Below, piece after piece: positions 6,159-11,792 of a stretch of 11,792 nt of DNA (position 1 is the first letter of the stretch; each line of letters opens with the position of its first letter). The notes under the pieces were generated by a model. It did not search any database. It saw only the letters and a list, made by a program, of their open reading frames with translations, and was not told where the DNA came from. The DNA comes from Candidatus Bathyarchaeia archaeon (GTDB lineage: Archaea > Thermoproteota > Bathyarchaeia > Bathyarchaeales > Bathycorpusculaceae). The stretch is taken from NCBI GenBank assembly GCA_038883775.1, contig JAVZLM010000015.1, positions 1 to 11,792 of the forward strand, given 5' to 3'. The position numbers and the translations under genes are program-made.

Positions 6159-7384
6159 GGCCCTTTAACCAGCGATTCCAAACTTAACCGGTGAACTTTG
6201 CCGTCCTTATCGATGTGCTCAACGAGTATGGGCAAGCCTACAGTTCCGCCTATTCTTATCTTCTCTTTGGCAAGTATAAATAACTCAACTGGGTTTACCG
6301 CGGCTTCAGGTGGAAAAACGCCCTTCAGCTTTATCTTTCCCATAGCCATAAGCATAGTTCCCAAAGTAGCGGGCACGCCCGTGCCTTCCCGCATACCCAT
6401 GCCCCTCGAAGCCATCGAGAAAACATACGTGCTTGGCTGGCCTTTCTTCTTGCCCTTAACAACTATTTTTAGGCATCCCATAGGCTCGGTTATCCCAGCC
6501 TCCTTCAAAAGTTTAGGTCTCTGATGCAAAGCAAACGCTACTGCAAAGTCTATGGGCACAATCTTCTTTCCATCAACTTCTATAGGCTCCTCATTTGTCA
6601 TTCCCAGACGCACAATGCCTTTGATGAGTTCCGCATAAGCCGGAGGCAAAACCAAACCAAGGTTTGTAACGCGACGTACGCCCTTAATGTACCTTGGAAG
6701 CGTTATCGTTTCCGGATGGGGATAGGCATAGACTTTGTACGTTCCGACATCTACAAACTCAACATCCTCTTCTAAGGCTTTACCGCTTTCCTCCAAAACC
6801 TTAACAGTTTTAAATTCTCCATGGAGAAAAACTGGAACCGGAATTATCATTGAATGAATCCTATGCTTAACAACAGCTGGTCCTTCGGCTTCTTCTCCTC
6901 CATGAGCATGGTAAATGTCTATGGCTTCAACTTCGTCCAGGAGCATGTCGGCGCAAAATCTGACGAGAACGTTTGCAACTCCTGGGGAGCTGCCCATGCC
7001 TATAAGCGCTGAAATTCCAGCCATTTTGGCTTCCCTATCCATCTTTAAAAGAGCCTCTGTTGCATCGACATCATCACATATGTCCACGTGGTTCACTCCA
7101 GCTTTGATGGAAGCTCTTAGGACTATTGGTGCAAACTTGTAGAAGGGGCCTACACAACTTAGTATAACATCAGAACCCTTAATTGCTTTCTGCAATTTAT
7201 CCGAGTCTGTAACGTCAACCTTAACCACCGACACTCCTTTGACACCGATTTCGGAAGCAAGCTTTTTCGCCTTCTCAAAGGCAACATCGCCTATGACAAC
7301 TTCAGAAAATATTCCGCTCGAGGCGAGAATTTTTACAGCCATGCTTCCAATAGTTCCAGCTCCACCCAAAACAGTAACCTTCAC
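6155..7384 (-). CDS. Saccharopine dehydrogenase / lysine 6-dehydrogenase-family NAD(P)-dependent oxidoreductase, 409 aa
   Basis: Rossmann motif VLGGAGTIG with acidic IGD at the end of beta-2; SCVGPFYKF, HVDICDD, GMGSSPG, YPHPETITLP, GVFPPE. GTG start after GGTGTGA. Confidence 0.9.
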   Translation of the reverse strand: MKVTVLGGAGTIGSMAVKILASSGIFSEVVIGDVAFEKAKKLASEIGVKGVSVVKVDVTDSDKLQKAIKGSDVILSCVGPFYKFAPIVLRASIKAGVNHVDICDDVDATEALLKMDREAKMAGISALIGMGSSPGVANVLVRFCADMLLDEVEAIDIYHAHGGEEAEGPAVVKHRIHSMIIPVPVFLHGEFKTVKVLEESGKALEEDVEFVDVGTYKVYAYPHPETITLPRYIKGVRRVTNLGLVLPPAYAELIKGIVRLGMTNEEPIEVDGKKIVPIDFAVAFALHQRPKLLKEAGITEPMGCLKIVVKGKKKGQPSTYVFSMASRGMGMREGTGVPATLGTMLMAMGKIKLKGVFPPEAAVNPVELFILAKEKIRIGGTVGLPILVEHIDKDGKVHRLSLESLVKGP

Positions 7385-7498
7385 AACTCACACCAACCTT
7401 TTCAGAAATTAGTGTTTCAGCTTTAGATTATTTAGCATTTATGGAAAGCCCGAAAAACAGCAAAACATATCAATGCAAAGACTACAAACAAAAGAAAC

Positions 7499-8743
7499 AT
7501 GGAAAAACCAGAAGCGTATTCTTACCGTTGGGTTGTCCTGCTCACATATATGCTTGTGGCAGTTGTTTCCCAAATACTTTGGCTAAACTTCGCTCCAATA
7601 ACAAGGCCAATAATGACATCCATATTCGGAGTAACGGAATCCGATGTTGGACTCCTATCAATGGTTTGGCCTCTACTCTTCATACCAGTCTCCATTCCAG
7701 CTGGAATACTCATCGACAAAAAAGGTTTCAAATTCGGAGTTTCAGTAGGCGCTCTAATAATGGCGATTTTCGCTGTTTTAAGAATCTTTTCCAGAGAAAA
7801 CTTCACAGTGCTTCTTTTCTTCCAATCCTTTGCGGCACTGGGTCAACCTTTCGTTTTTAACGCCATATCAAAACTTGTGACCTTATGGTTTCCTTTTGAA
7901 GAACGGGCTTTAGCCACGGGAATCGGGATAATGGGTCAATACATTGGAATGATAGTGGCTATGATGCTTACACCGTTTCTTGTGCCAACATCAGACATCA
8001 CATTGTTGACAAACATGCTTGTAATTTACGCCGTAATATCTGTAATAGGCGCTATGCTTTTCATAGTATTGGCTAGAGAAAAACCAAAACTATCCCGGGA
8101 TGAAGCCTCAAGAGAAGAAGTTAAGGCATCCATTTCACTTAAAGACATTAAGGGTTTCTTTGGACAAAAGGATTTCATGATCCTTGAAGCCCTATTTTTT
8201 ATTGGAGTTGGACTTTTCACAGCCCTGCTCACATGGCTGGAAACAATCTTAAACACGCACGGGTTAACAGCCACAGATGCTGGGTTGATTGGAGGAATAA
8301 TAATAATCGGTGGAATTTTTGGGTCCATGGCAATTCCGGGACTTTCGGACAAGACTGCGAAGAGGAAGACCTTCATAATTATGGATTTGGCTGTTGCCGC
8401 AGCCATGCTCTTCTTTTTAGCCGAAACAAACAATTTCCTAATTTTGGCTGTGGTGGGCTTTATTTTGGGATTTTTCCTCATGTCAGCCTTGCCTATAGGC
8501 TTAGAAATGTCAGCAGAAATTGTGGGCTCAGCATTGGCTGGAAGCGCATCAAGCTTCCTTTGGCTTTTCTCCCAAGCTGGTTCAGTAATCTTCATTCTGT
8601 TTATGGATGCTGTTAAATCCGCCACAGAAAGCCTTTACCCGTCAAACCCATACTATCTCTCAGTCATATCCATATTCATATTCGACATAATCGCCCTAGC
8701 ACTCTGCTTACTCCTAAGGGAGACAGCGAAAATCAAGGGCTAA
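7499..8743 (+). CDS. Major facilitator superfamily transporter, ~12 TM, SLC49/FLVCR-like
   Basis: Motif A-like GILIDKKGFK and GLSDKTAKRK, N-terminal YRWVVL, WFPFEERALAT, two hydrophobic halves. Divergent from the dehydrogenase gene across a 114-nt gap. Confidence 0.93.
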   Translation: MEKPEAYSYRWVVLLTYMLVAVVSQILWLNFAPITRPIMTSIFGVTESDVGLLSMVWPLLFIPVSIPAGILIDKKGFKFGVSVGALIMAIFAVLRIFSRENFTVLLFFQSFAALGQPFVFNAISKLVTLWFPFEERALATGIGIMGQYIGMIVAMMLTPFLVPTSDITLLTNMLVIYAVISVIGAMLFIVLAREKPKLSRDEASREEVKASISLKDIKGFFGQKDFMILEALFFIGVGLFTALLTWLETILNTHGLTATDAGLIGGIIIIGGIFGSMAIPGLSDKTAKRKTFIIMDLAVAAAMLFFLAETNNFLILAVVGFILGFFLMSALPIGLEMSAEIVGSALAGSASSFLWLFSQAGSVIFILFMDAVKSATESLYPSNPYYLSVISIFIFDIIALALCLLLRETAKIKG

Positions 8744-9429
8744 ATTCTGAAAACTTTAAACTTGCTCTTAAGTGCCTCCAAATCTATGCTTCCAATCTTA
8801 GATTGCAACTTCTTCTTTAAGGCTTCCCAGCTTACAGCATCATGTCCAGCAAGCAGTGTGGCAACAAACTGAACTTTCGCACATTCCTCCACCATCCTGT
8901 TTAGAAGACAAGCCTCCTCAATTGATGAGCCAACAGCAATAATGCCATGATTCTCCAAAATAACGGCATTAAAATCCCTAATCATCTTTTGAACAGCTTC
9001 AGCCAACGCCTTGGAACCTGGCAACTCAAAAGGCACTATGGGAACCCCATTTGGGATATACAAAAACATTTCCACCTGCAATGGAATTATCTCAGTTCCA
9101 GCAATCCCAAAAGCCGTGGCAAACGGAGCATGCGTATGAACAACCCCTTGAACATCACTTCTAACACGGTAAATCGCAGTATGCAATGGCGTCTCTATCG
9201 AGGGAACCAAATCACCCTCAACTCTATTTCCATCCAAATCGACAACTATGAAATCCTCAGGCTTCAAAAAACCCATAGAAACACCTGAAGACTTTATCAA
9301 AACCCTATCTGTTCCAGGAATGCGCACACTTATATTTCCTTCTGACCCGACCACGAGGCCATGGTTGTATAAAAGCTTGCCAACGTTCACCATTTTATCT
9401 CTTACAACGCAAATGATATCTTCTTCCAT
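8740..9429 (-). CDS. Class II aldolase/adducin-family metalloenzyme (FucA-like), 229 aa
   Basis: GSEGNISVR, KSSG, PSIETPLH (catalytic Glu as in FucA rather than Asp as in AraD), HTHAPFATA and LENHG (three metal-binding His), PFELPGSKALA. Stop overlaps the convergent MFS stop (8740-8743). Confidence 0.93.
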   Translation of the reverse strand: MEEDIICVVRDKMVNVGKLLYNHGLVVGSEGNISVRIPGTDRVLIKSSGVSMGFLKPEDFIVVDLDGNRVEGDLVPSIETPLHTAIYRVRSDVQGVVHTHAPFATAFGIAGTEIIPLQVEMFLYIPNGVPIVPFELPGSKALAEAVQKMIRDFNAVILENHGIIAVGSSIEEACLLNRMVEECAKVQFVATLLAGHDAVSWEALKKKLQSKIGSIDLEALKSKFKVFRI

Positions 9430-9611
9430 GCTGGACCCTTCGAATATGAATTAAAGACACTCGTTCATTTAATACTTTTTAGAAGATATAATTAGAAGAA
9501 CCCGTAGTCAAAACAAAATTTTCCGTTAAACGTTACTAACAGAATGGTATATTAAATATTTTCCGCAAAACTTATTTCTGGTCTCCATCATTTTATTTTA
9601 AGGGAGAAAGT

Positions 9612-11454
9612 GTGAAAAACTCAATTTTTGCGATGGTTTTGGGTTTAACGTTAGTTGGTCTATTGATTTTGATACAGAGTATAAATCCTGTCTTGGTGGG
9701 GAGCAGCAAAAGTGATGGAAAACATGTTGCAGAAAACACTATCAAGTTAATCTTAGGAACTGATAAGGATGTCTATATTTTGGGGGAAAATATTTCTATA
9801 ACTCTTAAGAATGTCGGCGAGGAAAAAGTAAGCGTAGGGGGTTATCCACCTTGGCAAATATTTACTTATCCAGATGAAGAACCTGTATATCCAAAGATTT
9901 TCGCTTTTTTAGCATGGTTCCTGGACAAAGCGACACATATGTCTGGAACCAATACAACGATTTTACAGGGGCGTTTTGCAAGCCTGGAAAGTATGTTATT
10001 AAGGATACGCAAGGATGGAATTTATCCGCATACTTTGAGATTGTTCCGATGGGAGTAAAAATAATTAACACGGGAGTTCTGGGGATGGCACCAAAGGTTT
10101 ACGGCGATATTATAACATTTTTTACTGATGAAAAATTGGCTGACGAAGATCTGAACGGTGATGGAGAAAGGGATGATTTAATTATCAGATATTATAACAT
10201 TACTTCGCAAAGTCTAATTAACACTGAGGTAGTAGGGCATTACTCTGCAATATATAAAAACATAATCACCTTTACAGGCTTAACCGTTAAATATTTCAAT
10301 CTTACAAGCAGAAGTCTTGTGAATACTGGTGTTTTGGCTTTCGTTGACATTCCTTCAATTTATGGAAGCATAATAGCCTTCCCAACTTACGAGATAAACG
10401 GGGCATGGATTTGAATGGAGACGGAGACAAAGACGACTCTGTAATTAGATACTATGATATTTTAACAGGAGCCCTCACCAATACCAAAAATGTCGGATTG
10501 GGCGCATCCATCTACGGGGAAATAATAGCCTTCTCAACTTTTGAGTGGCAAGCTGGTCAAGACCTTAACGGCGACGGTGACATGGACGATTCTGTAATCA
10601 GATACCTCAACATAACGTCAGGAACCACGGTGAATACACGGGCTGAAGGATGGTGGCCTACGATATACGGGAACATAATAGCTTTTGAAGCTCTTTACAG
10701 CGCATACACAGCTATTACATACTACAATATTTCTGATGGTTCGTTAGTTGACACGAAGATAGACGGACGCATGGCATGCGTATATGAAAACTTGATAGTA
10801 TTTTCAACTCCAGAGGCTGATTTTGGAGTTGGAGATCTCAATGGCGACGGAGACTGTGAAGACTGGGTGGTTAGATATTATGATATTTCAACCAAGACTT
10901 TAGTCAACTTAGGAGCGGAGGGAACCAGTCCATCCATTTATAAAAATGTCATCACCTTTGAAACATATGAAAAAGACGCAGGAAAAGATCTTAACAACGA
11001 TGGAGACATGGATGACAACATCATTCGATACGCCCTGCTCAGTTCACCTCAAGTTGAAGCTTCTGTTAAAATTTCTCCTAAAGCTTTAAATCTCCTAAGT
11101 AAAGGTAAATGGGTAACTGCTTCAATTGAACTTCCAGAAGGATACAAAATTGCGAATGTAAACGCCTCAACAATCTTGTTAAACGACAGTATTCCAATAG
11201 ATGTTAACGCACCCATAACAATAGGAGATTATGACAATGATTCCATTCCAGATCTAACAGTTAAATTCGAAAGAGCCAAAATCATGCAATACATTCACGC
11301 AAACATAAACATAAAAGAACTATCAAAGCGGTTTATGACAATAACATTAACCATAACAGGCAAACTCAATGATGGAACAACATTACAAGGAAGCGACACA
11401 GTTAAGATAATAATGCCAATGCCAAGGTACACCAGATTCATCCACTTCTACTAA
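9612..11454 (+). pseudogene. Single secreted/cell-surface protein gene (~615 aa when repaired) split into three ORFs by two -1 frameshifts: signal peptide, Ig-like domain, DxNGDG repeat region, C-terminal beta domain
   Basis: ORFs 9612-10058, 9914-10414 and 10405-11454 join into a continuous protein: ...AFLAWFLD/PGQSDTYVWNQ... near 9919-9926 and ...PTYEIN/GMDLNGDG... at 10400-10403. The same repeat unit continues across the second junction. GTG start after AGGGAG. Confidence 0.85.
10148..11016 (+). repeat. Five DLN(G/N)DG(D/E)xxD Ca-binding-type loops in repeats of the form IYGxIIAFxTxE...DLNGDGD.DD.VIRYY (probable beta-propeller blades)
   Basis: Copies start at 10148, 10408, 10561, 10834 and 10987, with two intervening units lacking the loop. 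A further DYDNDSIPD loop lies in the C-terminal domain. Confidence 0.85.
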
Positions 11455-11643
11455 ACATCTATTATTTTTAACAGACGTGAAACTTTTTCTATTAGTGTCT
11501 CCTAACAGAAGTTGCAAAACTTTGGATGTTTTTGCTTTTAATTTGTTGATGTTATGGTTGTGCTGTGAGATGAATGGATAGAAGAATCTTCCGTAAATTT
11601 TAAGCCAACTTGCGGTGATAAAATATTGTTGCCAAGAGGAGAC

Positions 11644-11792
11644 ATGAAAGTGAAGAGAATAGTTTCTGGAATAATGCTGATACTGCTTGTAGCCAGTATG
11701 CTAACGTTGACTTTTAGCATTCACCCAGCAAAGGCAGAATATTTGTTTTTCGATAATTTCGATACGGGGCTTGTCCAATGGAACAATTTTGG
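11644..11792 (+). CDS. Secreted protein, N-terminal fragment (runs off the window end)
   Basis: ATG 11644 after AGAGGAG: MKVKRIVSGIMLILLVASMLTLTFSIHPAKA-EYLFFDNFDTGLVQWNNF. Sec signal peptide with AKA cleavage site; FxDNFD start typical of beta-sandwich extracellular domains. TTTTAAG upstream near 11598. Not in the ORF track. Confidence 0.85.
   Translation, partial: MKVKRIVSGIMLILLVASMLTLTFSIHPAKAEYLFFDNFDTGLVQWNNF

Noticed and set aside
8026-8625. 199-aa minus-strand ORF, and the other 60-140 aa ORFs nested in or antisense to the main genes
   Set aside because: Shadow frames of well-supported genes, with no recognisable motifs.
2665-9429. Methionine salvage operon (mtnW plus mtnB)
   Set aside because: The RLP lacks the MtnW-type IFKGVIG motif, the aldolase looks FucA-like (PFELPGS), and no mtnA/K/P/X/D is present; it cannot be fully excluded from this window alone.
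11538-11720. 60-aa minus-strand ORF
   Set aside because: Antisense to the clear signal-peptide gene starting at 11644.

Overview
Archaeal genomic DNA, most consistent with Bathyarchaeia. This assignment is inferred from TTG/GTG starts, GGTGA-type RBS, archaeal-style SHMT, and the KRIVSGIML...IHPAKA signal peptide. Left to right: (1) the 5' part of a divergent serine hydroxymethyltransferase on the minus strand, missed by the ORF track; (2) a ~1.8 kb accessory-looking patch with a winged-helix protein, a cluster of 14-bp palindromes, hairpins and a broken small gene; (3) a six-gene catabolic-looking cluster of form IV RuBisCO-like protein (RLP), nitroreductase, FGGY kinase, saccharopine/lysine-dehydrogenase-family oxidoreductase, SLC49/FLVCR-like MFS transporter and class II aldolase; (4) a secreted protein with Ca-binding-type repeats, split by two -1 frameshifts; (5) the start of another secreted protein. 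The best candidate for an undescribed system is the RLP cluster. Its enzyme set suggests uptake, oxidative deamination, phosphorylation, RLP rearrangement and aldol cleavage of an amino-polyol/amino-alcohol. All family calls are by-eye motif recognition; no searches were run.
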